DNA of 32,000 nucleotides from Telmatocola sphagniphila (GCF_018398935.1 NZ_CP074694.1:4950001-4982000), one strand, 5' to 3'. Shown: positions 9,257 to 17,806, counted from the stretch's first letter. Notes: a model not told the origin generated them from the letters alone. Program-made: numbers and translations.

Positions 9257-9363
9257 TGATTGGGTGGGGATTTAATTCACCGGGTGGGGATTTGAATCAC
9301 CGGGTGAGGATTGAATCACCGGGTGAGGATTGAATCACCGGGTGGCGCTTCGCTTACCCGGTG
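9257..9363. repeat. Tandem 19-20 bp repeats (TCACCGGGTGRGGATTKAA, about 4.5 copies) ending in a hairpin
   Basis: Copies lie at 9257-9276 (degenerate), 9277-9296, 9297-9315, 9316-9334 and 9335-9345 (partial). Each carries CACC-N-GGTG dyad symmetry. CACCGGGT (9336-9343) and ACCCGGTG (9356-9363) form an 8-bp stem. The array begins 6 nt after the M1 stop codon. Confidence 0.9.
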
Positions 9364-9760
9364 CTGATCTCTGAAGCCCCTCCGGGGCAAAATACAAATG
9401 GAACCCCGGAGGGGTTCCAGATCTAAGCCCCGGGGGAATCCCGGGGAATTTCACAGCCCTGGGTATGACCCGGGAAAATTAACCGCCCGAGGTGCTGATC
9501 TCTGAAGCCCCTCCGGGGCAAAATACAAATTATATTTTGGAACTCCGAAGGGGTTCCAGACTAAGCCCCGGGGGAATCCCGGGGAATTTCACAGCCCCGG
9601 GTATGACCCGGGAAAATTAACCGCCCGAGGTGCTGATCTCTGAAGCTCCTCCGGGGCAAAATACAAATTATATTTTGGAACCCCGGAGGGGTTCCAGATC
9701 TAAGCCCCGGGAGAATCCCGGGGAATTTCACAGCCCCGGGGAATTTCACAGCCCCAGGTT
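9360..9760. repeat. Tandem ~131-138 bp repeat, about 3 copies, rich in CCCGGG palindromes and an 11-bp-stem hairpin
   Basis: Units start at 9360, 9491 and 9629, each opening with GGTGCTGATCTCTGAAG. Each unit contains CCCCTCCGGGG...CCCCGGAGGGG (arms at 9377-9387 and 9404-9414 in copy 1). Copies 2 and 3 have an extra TATATTTTG-type insertion that extends the stem (CAAAAT/ATTTTG). Copy 3 ends with an 18-bp internal duplication, GGGGAATTTCACAGCCCC, at 9720-9737 and 9738-9755. Confidence 0.95.
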
Positions 9761-9777
9761 TCACCCAGAGCTTGCAA

Positions 9778-11877
9778 TCATTTCACCGGCTTCTTACCGG
9801 TCGTCAATTCCGTAGCCACATCCTGAGCATCGTAGACCTTGTTCAGGGCTTCGATCATGGCACGCGAATCGACCGACACCGCCCGAGCCACTTCTTCATC
9901 GAAAATGAAGTCCAGCACCAGCGATTGAATGTTGCCGTCGAAGATCAACCCGACGACTTCCCCCGCCTGATTGATCACCGGGCTGCCCGAGTTGCCGCCG
10001 ATGATATCGGCCGTGCAGACAAAGTTGAACGGAGTCTTCAGATCGAGCTTATCCTTGCGTTCCACCCAGCGAGCGGGTAGATCAAACGGCTCCTTGTTCT
10101 TGTGCTCGGCCGACCACTTGTAAAGGCCGCCGATATCGGTGAAGGCGGGGATCTTCTTGCCGTCTTGGGTGTAACCCTTCACCGTGCCGAATGCCAATCG
10201 CAACGTGAATGTCGCGTCCGGATAGGTGCTGGCCCCATCCTTGGCATAACGGGCCTTGGCGATGGCCGCATAGGCCTGTCGCTTCGGTTCATCCACTTCC
10301 GTTTCGAAAACTTTGCGGACGGCTCGCGAACGGGCATCAACCAATTTCGCCAGTGCAATCATCGGATCGGTGCTGGCATCAATCGCGGCCTTACCCCCTT
10401 CGTAAATCTTCTTGCGAACGGCGGGGTCCTTCAACTTGCTGCCGCTGATCAGTTCGTAAGCGCGGTCGCGCGGCGACTTCCCGGCCAGAACCTTCTGCAC
10501 CATCTCATCGTTGCCACCGAAAGTCGTGGCGTAGAACGTTAGCGAATCGGTGAGGGTCAGGATTTCGAAATCGTCGTAGATTTCTTCATCCGAGAACAGG
10601 CCCAGTTCGAGCGACTTGATGCTCGAATCTTCGTATTCGCGCAGGCGGGTACCGGCCGGTTTGGCTTTTTCCTCGGCCGCTCGCAACAAGGTGCGGGCGA
10701 TGCCAAAAAGATGCGAAGAGAAAGCGCCGCCGCCTTCGTAGAAAGTATTTTCCTTCAGAATTTCCGCACGCTTCTTCTCGGCTTTGGCAATCGTTTCGAA
10801 AGCGGGACCAGCCGCTTTGACCATTGGGTCGCTGCTACCGGCGATGAACGATTTCAATTGCGCTTCCTGATCGACTTTGCGACCCAGTAGTTTCGGATCG
10901 AGCAGACCGCCGAGTCCGCCGATGCGGGCTTTCCGGCTGTTCTGCACGCCGAACAGGTCTTCGCGAGCCCGGCGAGCGTTCTCTTCGGTCCGCTGGCTCC
11001 AGGAGGTCATGGCCACTTCCATGCGATTGAGCCGTTGCAACCCGAACGGGTAGCCGGTGTCGCGCAGGTATTCCAGCTCGGCCACGGTGTTCTGGCGGTT
11101 GGTACGTCCCGGATGTCCAGACACGAAAACCAGTTCGCCTTCCTTGCTCCCGGCCGCGCTCCATTTCAGGTAATTCTGGCACTTGATCGGCTTGTCGTTC
11201 TCGTAGACGCGGAAGAAAGTCATGTCGAGATCGTAGCGGGGATATTCGAAATTATCGGGGTCGCCGCCGAAGAACGCGGCCTGCTGTTCGGGAGCAAAAA
11301 CGATGCGAATATCGGTGTATTTTTTGTAGATGTACAGGTGATACTGACCGCCGGCATAAAGGGTCACCACGTCGGCGCGGATGTTCTTTTCTTTGTCGGA
11401 ATTGGCCGCCTTGATCTGTTCGATCACGGCATTGCGCGCCTTGACGGCATCCAGCGGGCTCATGTCCTTGGTCACGGCCGCTTCAATTTTGGCGGTGACA
11501 TCGGACATCGACTGGAGCACGTTCAGTTCCAGACCCTTGCACTTGATTTCGTCCGCCTGGGTCTTGGCGTAGAAGCCGTCCTTCAGATAATTGTGCTTCT
11601 CGTCGGAGACCTTCTGAAGATCGCCGGCGCCGACGTGGTGGTTGGTCATCACCAGGCCGTCTTCGGAGACGAAGGAGCCCGAACCGCCGGAATTGAAACG
11701 CACGGACGACTTCTGAACGTGTTCGTACCAGGCTTCGGGTTTATCGAAGCCGTACTTTTCCTTGAGCAGTTTCTTCGGCGGATTGGAGTAGAGCCACATC
11801 CCCTCATCGCCGTGAACTACCGCCCGTCTGCCGAGAACGCAGAGCACGAGCAGAAAAAAACCAAGGGTGAATTTCAT
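9778..11877 (-). CDS. S46-family dipeptidyl-peptidase (DPP7/DPP11-like serine peptidase), secreted
   Basis: Signal peptide followed by the DEGMWL N-terminal motif. Catalytic His context MTNHHVG. Catalytic Ser context IIGGNSGSPVIN...GLIFDGN. The ~700 aa length is typical of S46. Confidence 0.92.
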   Translation of the reverse strand: MKFTLGFFLLVLCVLGRRAVVHGDEGMWLYSNPPKKLLKEKYGFDKPEAWYEHVQKSSVRFNSGGSGSFVSEDGLVMTNHHVGAGDLQKVSDEKHNYLKDGFYAKTQADEIKCKGLELNVLQSMSDVTAKIEAAVTKDMSPLDAVKARNAVIEQIKAANSDKEKNIRADVVTLYAGGQYHLYIYKKYTDIRIVFAPEQQAAFFGGDPDNFEYPRYDLDMTFFRVYENDKPIKCQNYLKWSAAGSKEGELVFVSGHPGRTNRQNTVAELEYLRDTGYPFGLQRLNRMEVAMTSWSQRTEENARRAREDLFGVQNSRKARIGGLGGLLDPKLLGRKVDQEAQLKSFIAGSSDPMVKAAGPAFETIAKAEKKRAEILKENTFYEGGGAFSSHLFGIARTLLRAAEEKAKPAGTRLREYEDSSIKSLELGLFSDEEIYDDFEILTLTDSLTFYATTFGGNDEMVQKVLAGKSPRDRAYELISGSKLKDPAVRKKIYEGGKAAIDASTDPMIALAKLVDARSRAVRKVFETEVDEPKRQAYAAIAKARYAKDGASTYPDATFTLRLAFGTVKGYTQDGKKIPAFTDIGGLYKWSAEHKNKEPFDLPARWVERKDKLDLKTPFNFVCTADIIGGNSGSPVINQAGEVVGLIFDGNIQSLVLDFIFDEEVARAVSVDSRAMIEALNKVYDAQDVATELTTGKKPVK

Positions 11878-12001
11878 GGTGAATAGATCTCCTATTGGAA
11901 GAGGTTAAGTCCTGGCGAAATCCCAAGCTCCAAGAGGTCGCTACAGAGTAACCTTCCTCCCGAGAGCTGTGGGATTATTATCCGAACTGTGGGCTTCGAT
12001 G

Positions 12002-14341
12002 CTATGAAGAGGTAGACGATTCCTTATCTTTCTTCGCACCGATGAAAAAGAGAATCAGCATAAGGACACCGAATGCCACAAGTGCCGTGATCTTGGCGGT
12101 ATCGTTCTCGTCCGGTTTCCAAACTAGTTTTTGAGTTGTTTCGTCTATAGTCCCGAACAACTTGGTACCTACCGAAATACCATTTTTGAACCAATCGGGA
12201 GTAAAGGCAAAGAATGCGATGATGAGACCGCAAAGTGTACCACCGGCGATATACCCGCTGGCGAGCAACACACCGCCACTGGTTTCAGAATCTGCATCTG
12301 CATTCGATTTTGGATTTCTAATCTTGTTGGTGATCAGACGTATTACACCACCGATAAAAATGGGCGTTGTAGCAGAGAGAGGCAGGTACATCCCCACAGC
12401 AACCGGTAAAGCAGGTACGCCAGCGAATTCGAGTGCTATCGCGAGAAGAAGACCAAAAATGATCAGGCTCCATTCCAACTTACCGCCCAGGATCCCTTCG
12501 ATGATATTGGTGAACAGCCGCGGCTGAGGAGCGGTAAATTTGGCAGGCGCATCTTCGCCATTATCCATCTTGGTCAGTTCGCGATTAATCGGAATATCGG
12601 TCCGGTAAGCCGCTTTGCCCGATGGATCGACGAGATATCGCCCTGGACGAACCGAAGGATTGAATTCATCATCCTTGCGAACGTGAACGATGCGGTATTT
12701 ATTTGCGTCTTCGTTTTCGTAAGGTCGACCGACAGTCTCACTAGGTGCGTCCGCAGGCACTTGCATAACCACATCAGGTAAGTTTTTCTTCGTGTAGTGC
12801 GTCCCGGCAGCGTTGAGTAGGAGCATTGTCAAACCAATAACCATAGCCGAGGCGACAGCTCCCAGGAGAATGGCAATCTGCTGCTTTCGCGGTGTGGCAC
12901 CGACGAGATAGCCAGTTTTCAAATCCTGCGAAGTCGTTCCGCCGTTACTCGAAGCAATACATACGACCGACGAGACGGTGAGCGCCATCAGCATATCGCT
13001 GGCACTCGTTTTTCCCAAGATCAGAAAGATGCCGCAGACGAGCAGGATCGTGGCAATTGTCATCCCGGAAATGGGATTGGACGAAGATCCAACTTCACCT
13101 GTTAGCCGACTAGAAACCGTGACGAACAAAAAGCCGAAAAGGAGAACCATAACTGCAGAAATCAGACCGTTTAAAGATAAGCCCAATCCAAGCTGCGGCA
13201 CGGCCGCCATCGCGATCACCAGGGCCAGGCTACCGAACAGAACGACGAGTATCGAAAGATCGGACTCCGTGCGCTTGGTTGAACTGGCCGAATCTCCGGA
13301 ATTTCTGGAAGCTCGTAGATCTCGCACGCCGCCGACGATTGAGCCAAAAATTAATGGCAAAGCTCGGCACATACTAATGATACCACCAGCAGCCACCGCC
13401 CCAGCCCCGATGTATTTGAGATAGTTTCCTCGAATATCATCCGGTTCCATGTTCCGGATCAAACCGGGATTTTTAAGATCCTTCGGTTTACTATCATCCC
13501 AGACGGCGGGTGCAACAACTGTGGTAAGATTTTCCCCGAAGCTGGCGATAACAGGTCCCAGCACGAAGTACGAAAGAAGAGCCCCAGCCATCATCAGCGA
13601 AGCAATGCGCGGACCGATCAGATAACCCACGCCTAGAAGTTCGGGGGAAAGCTCACCGGCCACCCCAGCCCCTTTGAGTCCCGTTTTCACACCGGCTTCA
13701 TTCGTCGAGTACAAATTAATGCCGGGCTCACCCGCCCAAAGTTTCATCGCACTTTGCAGAAACTTATGTACGAGCGCTATGCCGAAGCCGATGAAAACCA
13801 TCTGAGCGGTGGCACCCCCTTTTTCTCCGGAAATCAAAACTTCCGCACAGGCTCGTCCTTCGGGATAAACCAATTTTCCATGCTGCTTTACAATGAAGGC
13901 TCTTCGCAGGGGGATCATCATGAGGATCCCGAGGATGGCCCCGAGTAAAGAAACAGTCATTACTCGAATAGGATCCATCTCGAAGCCCAGGAGCAGCAAC
14001 GCCGGCATCGTCACCCCAACGCCGAACGCGATGGATTCACCTGCGGATCCTGCCGTTTGGACGATGTTGTTTTCCAGAATAGTGGTTCTTCGAATGCGAA
14101 GAGTCTTCGAGAAAATCCGGAAAAGCGTGATAGACAAAACTGCGATAGGAACGGAAGCCGAAACCGTCAGACCTACCTTTAATACCAGGTACAAAGAGGA
14201 TGCACCGAAAAGAATCCCTAGCAGAGTCCCAACAAGAATAGCCGGTAGAGTCAACTCATGCTGCACCTCGCTGTCCGGGACGTAGGGTTCAAAGTGCGGT
14301 TCGTCCGAGGGGACAGCGGGGGCGGTATTCGGTTCACTCAT
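12002..14341 (-). CDS. OPT-family oligopeptide transporter
   Basis: A 779-aa polytopic membrane protein with more than 14 hydrophobic segments. The N-terminal ELTLPAILVGTLLGILFGASSLYLVLKVGLTVSAS pattern and a central soluble insertion (VPADAPSETVGRPYENEDANKYRIVHVRKDDE...) are typical of bacterial OPT-superfamily proteins. Confidence 0.88.
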   Translation of the reverse strand: MSEPNTAPAVPSDEPHFEPYVPDSEVQHELTLPAILVGTLLGILFGASSLYLVLKVGLTVSASVPIAVLSITLFRIFSKTLRIRRTTILENNIVQTAGSAGESIAFGVGVTMPALLLLGFEMDPIRVMTVSLLGAILGILMMIPLRRAFIVKQHGKLVYPEGRACAEVLISGEKGGATAQMVFIGFGIALVHKFLQSAMKLWAGEPGINLYSTNEAGVKTGLKGAGVAGELSPELLGVGYLIGPRIASLMMAGALLSYFVLGPVIASFGENLTTVVAPAVWDDSKPKDLKNPGLIRNMEPDDIRGNYLKYIGAGAVAAGGIISMCRALPLIFGSIVGGVRDLRASRNSGDSASSTKRTESDLSILVVLFGSLALVIAMAAVPQLGLGLSLNGLISAVMVLLFGFLFVTVSSRLTGEVGSSSNPISGMTIATILLVCGIFLILGKTSASDMLMALTVSSVVCIASSNGGTTSQDLKTGYLVGATPRKQQIAILLGAVASAMVIGLTMLLLNAAGTHYTKKNLPDVVMQVPADAPSETVGRPYENEDANKYRIVHVRKDDEFNPSVRPGRYLVDPSGKAAYRTDIPINRELTKMDNGEDAPAKFTAPQPRLFTNIIEGILGGKLEWSLIIFGLLLAIALEFAGVPALPVAVGMYLPLSATTPIFIGGVIRLITNKIRNPKSNADADSETSGGVLLASGYIAGGTLCGLIIAFFAFTPDWFKNGISVGTKLFGTIDETTQKLVWKPDENDTAKITALVAFGVLMLILFFIGAKKDKESSTSS

Positions 14342-14474
14342 AAATGTCGATCCACCACGAAAAAAGGACGGAGTAACAACCGGAGAGGCTTGCCTTTAGA
14401 TTGCTTATTCTCGGGTGAAACAGCAAGAGGGGAAATGATTTTTCGGCGCGCATTTGCTGCTGAAAGTCGCGCGA

Positions 14475-15560
14475 TTAGTACCGCGAATCGATCCAGCCGC
14501 CGCCCAGGACTCTATTGCCGTCGTAAAACACCACCGCCTGACCAGGAGTCACGGCGCTCTGGGGCTCTTCGAAATCGACAGTCACCGTACCATCCTCGCC
14601 GGCGCGCACCGTCGCCGGCACGGCCGAGTGCCGATAGCGAATTTTCGCCGCACAACGCATCGGTTCGTTCAGCGGCACTGGGCACAACCAGTTGATTTCC
14701 TTGCCCAACAGACCGACCGAGAGAAGATTTTCCCGGTCGCCCAGCACAACGGTTTTGCTCTCAGGAATGATTTCCAGCACGAAGCGCTTGCGATCCGTGG
14801 CGATACCCAGCCCCTTGCGCTGGCCGATGGTGAAGCGTTCGTAACCGTCATGCTCGCCGAGGATCGCCCCGTCCGTATCGACGACCTGACCGGCGGTAGC
14901 CAGCTCGGGCCGACGCCGGCGAATTAAAGCGGCATGATCGCCATCGGGCACGAAGCAGATTTCCACCGAATCGGGCTTATCGGCCACGCGGACCAAACCG
15001 GCTTCCCGCGCGATCTCGCGGATCTCTGGCTTCTTGTAGCCCCCTACGGGAAAAAGGAGGTGGTCCAGCACTTCCTTCTTGATGCCGTGCAAGACATAGG
15101 ACTGATCCTTATCTGGATCGACCCCACGATGTAACTCGGCGTTACCGCTGCCATCGCGCAATACCTGGGCATAATGCCCGGTGGCAATGAAATCGGCGTT
15201 GAGCTGTTTGCCGAATTCCCAGAGCTTGCCGAACTTCAACCAGTTGTTGCAGACCACGCAGGGATTAGGTGTGCGGCCACGCAAATACTCATCCGTGAAA
15301 TAGTCGATGATCTGATCGAATTCACGTTCGAAATCGAGAGCGTAAAAGGGAATATCGAGTTTATCGGCCACCCGCCGGGCATCGTTCGAATCGATCGCCG
15401 AGCAGCAGCCCTTCTTATTGTCCGGCCGGCAGTCGGTTTCGGTGGCATGCACTCCCGTGCGCATGAACAGCCCCACGACTTCGTACCCCTGCCGCTTCAG
15501 CAGTACCGCACTTGCACTGCTGTCGACGCCGCCGCTCATCGCCAGGACGACTTTTTTCAT
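14475..15560 (-). CDS. mnmA: tRNA-specific 2-thiouridylase MnmA
   Basis: PP-loop motif MSGGVDSS at the N-terminus, conserved CCS..D and NPCVVCN motifs, the GHYA segment and a C-terminal beta-barrel region. Length 361 aa. Confidence 0.97.
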   Translation of the reverse strand: MKKVVLAMSGGVDSSASAVLLKRQGYEVVGLFMRTGVHATETDCRPDNKKGCCSAIDSNDARRVADKLDIPFYALDFEREFDQIIDYFTDEYLRGRTPNPCVVCNNWLKFGKLWEFGKQLNADFIATGHYAQVLRDGSGNAELHRGVDPDKDQSYVLHGIKKEVLDHLLFPVGGYKKPEIREIAREAGLVRVADKPDSVEICFVPDGDHAALIRRRRPELATAGQVVDTDGAILGEHDGYERFTIGQRKGLGIATDRKRFVLEIIPESKTVVLGDRENLLSVGLLGKEINWLCPVPLNEPMRCAAKIRYRHSAVPATVRAGEDGTVTVDFEEPQSAVTPGQAVVFYDGNRVLGGGWIDSRY

Positions 15561-15782
15561 GACCGCAAAACTCTTAACGAAACTTCAAAAAGCTATTGTA
15601 TTTTAGGCCGGGCCAGGAATCGAAACTTCTTTACCGGACAACATTTTACGATATCACTCTGCCAGACAATCCTGTTTTTTCTTCACAATCCATTCCTGAG
15701 CGCGGCGGTATAAGCCTGAATTTAGCCACCTAGGAGATATGAAGTTTTAGTGAAGCTGCCCTGTTACGAGAGGCTCGACTCG

Positions 15783-17699
15783 ATGAAGCTCAAATACTGG
15801 TCGCTAGTGTGTGGAACGGCCTTCGGCCTGAATCCCAACCTTCCTAGCCAAAATTCTCTTCTGGCCGGCGATCCCAAAGTGCCTGCGGCCGATACCAAAA
15901 CGAAAGAGGACTTTGGGCTCACCAAGGTTCATTCCTACCACATCGAAATGACGGCGGAGGAATGGAAGAAAATGCAGGAAGTTGTGGGCGGGCGTGGGCC
16001 GGGCGGACCCGGAGGACCTGGCGGTGGTTTTGGTCCCGGTCGAGGCGGACCGGGTGGCGGACCCGGAGGACCTGGCGGCGGCCCGGAAGGCAGACCGGCG
16101 CAGCCGTCGGAAGCGGCCGGGAAAAACAATCCTCAAACGAAGGATTCCCATCGCGGCTCGGGTTTCGGAACCGAATTTCCCTGGGCGAAGGGAACTTTCG
16201 TCGGCGACGGCGAAACCGTTCAAAATGTCGGGCTGCGCTACAAGGGCAACGCCAGCTACATGGCCTCCTCACGCGGTTTAAAACGAAATATCAAAGTGGA
16301 TTTCAACCACTACGAGGAGGAGTTGAAGTTTCACGATCTCAAAGCGCTGAATCTCAATGCCGGGGCCATGGACCCGACCAAAATTCACGAAGTGCTGGCT
16401 TACTCGCTGTTTCGTAAAGCCGGCGTAGCCGCCGCGCGAACGGCGTTCGCGGAAGTGACCCTCAGCGTTCCGGGCAAGTATGACAACGAACTCCTGGGGC
16501 TGTACACGGTGGTGGAACAGGTCGACAAGAACTTCCTGAAGCAGAACTTCAAGAACACCAAGGGCCTGTTGATGAAGCCCGAACGGGTGCGCGGCCTGGA
16601 ATACCTCGGCGACGACTGGGCCAAGTACAAAACCATGTACCAACCTAAACACGACGCCACCAAGGAACAGGCCCAGCGCGTCATTGATTTCGCCAAACTG
16701 GTGTTCAAAGCCGACGATGAGCAGTTCAAGAAAGAAATTGGATCCTATCTGGATATCGACGCTTTCCTGCGCTTCTTCGCCGTTAACGCTTATGTGGTGA
16801 ATCTGGATTGCTTCTTCAGCATGGGCCACAATTACTACATCTACCTGAATCCCGACACTAACAAGTTCGTCTACTTCCCCTGGGATCTCGATCTCTCTTT
16901 CGGTGGCTTCCCGATGATGGGCGGCGGCGATCAACAGATTAACCTGAGTCTGACGCATCCCCACGGTGGCGAGAACAAGCTCATCGACCGGCTACTGGCC
17001 GTGAAGGAGATTAACGAGAAATATCAGGCTCTGCTGAAGGAATTCGCCAAAACCATCTTCAACAAGGAAACTCTGTTGAAGGAACTGGAAAGCGTGGAAA
17101 AAACCACGGCTGGCCTGATCGCCAAAGAGAAGAAGGCGGCAGAAGCTCGTAAAGAAACCGGCGGCGGCTTCGGCGGTCCTGGAGGTCCTGGTGGCTTCGG
17201 CCCCGGCGGGGGAGGCCCCGGCGGACCAGGGGGTGGTTTCGGTCGAGGTCCCGGTGGTCCCGGCGGACCGGGGGGCGGCCTGACCAAATCGTTGAAAGAA
17301 TTCTTCGAGCTTCGCACCGTGGCCGTTTCCGATCAAATCAACGGCAAGTCCAAAGGCTATGTGCCACAGGGCTTTGGCCCCGGCGGAGGCGGGCGCGGCG
17401 GACCAGGCGGCGGTTTTGGAATGCGCTTCCCCCAGCCTGGAGAAGTAATGCCGGAAATGATCCAGAATATGCTGAACCTCACGTCGGAGCAAAAGAAGAA
17501 ACTCGCCGAAATTCAGAAAGAGACCGACTCCCAGATTGAAAAACTGCTGACCGAAGATCAGCGGAAGCAACTGAAGGAATTCAAGGAACGGGGCCCCGGC
17601 GGCTTTCCGGGTGGACCTGGAGGTCCCGGCGGTTTTGGCCCCGGTGGACCGGGAGGATTCGGTCCGGGGGGTCCCGGTGGACCCCCGAACGACGAATAA
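15783..17699 (+). CDS. CotH kinase-like family protein with Gly/Pro-rich low-complexity tracts and C-terminal LTXXQ motifs
   Basis: CotH-like core (NIKVDFNHY, LNLNAGAMDPTKIHEVLAYSLFRKAGV, LGLYTVVEQVDKNFL, HNYYIYLNPDTNKFVYFPWDLDLSFG). GPGG-type tracts are encoded at about 15987-16091, 17160-17280, 17370-17420 and 17590-17690. An alternative GTG start lies at 15750. Confidence 0.85.
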   Translation: MKLKYWSLVCGTAFGLNPNLPSQNSLLAGDPKVPAADTKTKEDFGLTKVHSYHIEMTAEEWKKMQEVVGGRGPGGPGGPGGGFGPGRGGPGGGPGGPGGGPEGRPAQPSEAAGKNNPQTKDSHRGSGFGTEFPWAKGTFVGDGETVQNVGLRYKGNASYMASSRGLKRNIKVDFNHYEEELKFHDLKALNLNAGAMDPTKIHEVLAYSLFRKAGVAAARTAFAEVTLSVPGKYDNELLGLYTVVEQVDKNFLKQNFKNTKGLLMKPERVRGLEYLGDDWAKYKTMYQPKHDATKEQAQRVIDFAKLVFKADDEQFKKEIGSYLDIDAFLRFFAVNAYVVNLDCFFSMGHNYYIYLNPDTNKFVYFPWDLDLSFGGFPMMGGGDQQINLSLTHPHGGENKLIDRLLAVKEINEKYQALLKEFAKTIFNKETLLKELESVEKTTAGLIAKEKKAAEARKETGGGFGGPGGPGGFGPGGGGPGGPGGGFGRGPGGPGGPGGGLTKSLKEFFELRTVAVSDQINGKSKGYVPQGFGPGGGGRGGPGGGFGMRFPQPGEVMPEMIQNMLNLTSEQKKKLAEIQKETDSQIEKLLTEDQRKQLKEFKERGPGGFPGGPGGPGGFGPGGPGGFGPGGPGGPPNDE

Positions 17700-17717
17700 G
17701 ACTTTTCCCTCATGCCC

Positions 17718-17738
17718 CGGGCTCATCGACCGAGCCCG
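17718..17738 (+). terminator. Weak stem-loop after the CotH-like gene
   Basis: CGGGCTC (17718-17724) and GAGCCCG (17732-17738) form a 7-bp stem with a 7-nt loop, followed by ACATTTTCATT. The U-tract is short. Confidence 0.3.
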
Positions 17739-17806
17739 ACATTTTCATTGAATCGCCCATTCCCGTCTGGTACCGTACTAGCACTATCTTCAAACGGGAA
17801 TTCAGT

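Noticed and set aside
9360-9760. Possible CRISPR array, given regularly spaced GC-rich palindromic repeats
   Set aside because: The repeat units are contiguous and near-identical over their whole ~131-138 bp length. There are no unique spacers, the period is far larger than a CRISPR repeat plus spacer, and no cas genes are in the window.
9561-9815. ORFs 9561-9764 (-) and 9630-9815 (+), predicted inside the repeat array
   Set aside because: Their peptides simply spell the repeats (for example PGAVKFPGAVKFPG). They have no start context, and one runs into the antisense of the S46 gene. They are artefacts of repetitive GC-rich sequence.
11035-11886. Long antisense ORFs opposite well-supported genes. 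This 283-aa ORF lies opposite the S46 gene. Similar ones are at 1088-1885, 7035-7664, 16278-16964, 16992-17726, 24055-24984, 28311-28820 and 30724-31677.
   Set aside because: In every case the opposite strand carries unambiguous catalytic motifs, while these frames give low-complexity Arg/Gly/His-rich sequence. They are a stop-codon-depletion artefact, not evidence of overlapping genes.
15935-16129. Collagen-like PPGPPGPPG ORFs (also 17024-17317) on the minus strand
   Set aside because: They are the reverse complement of the GPGG-encoding tracts of the CotH-like gene. They have no independent start or domain context.
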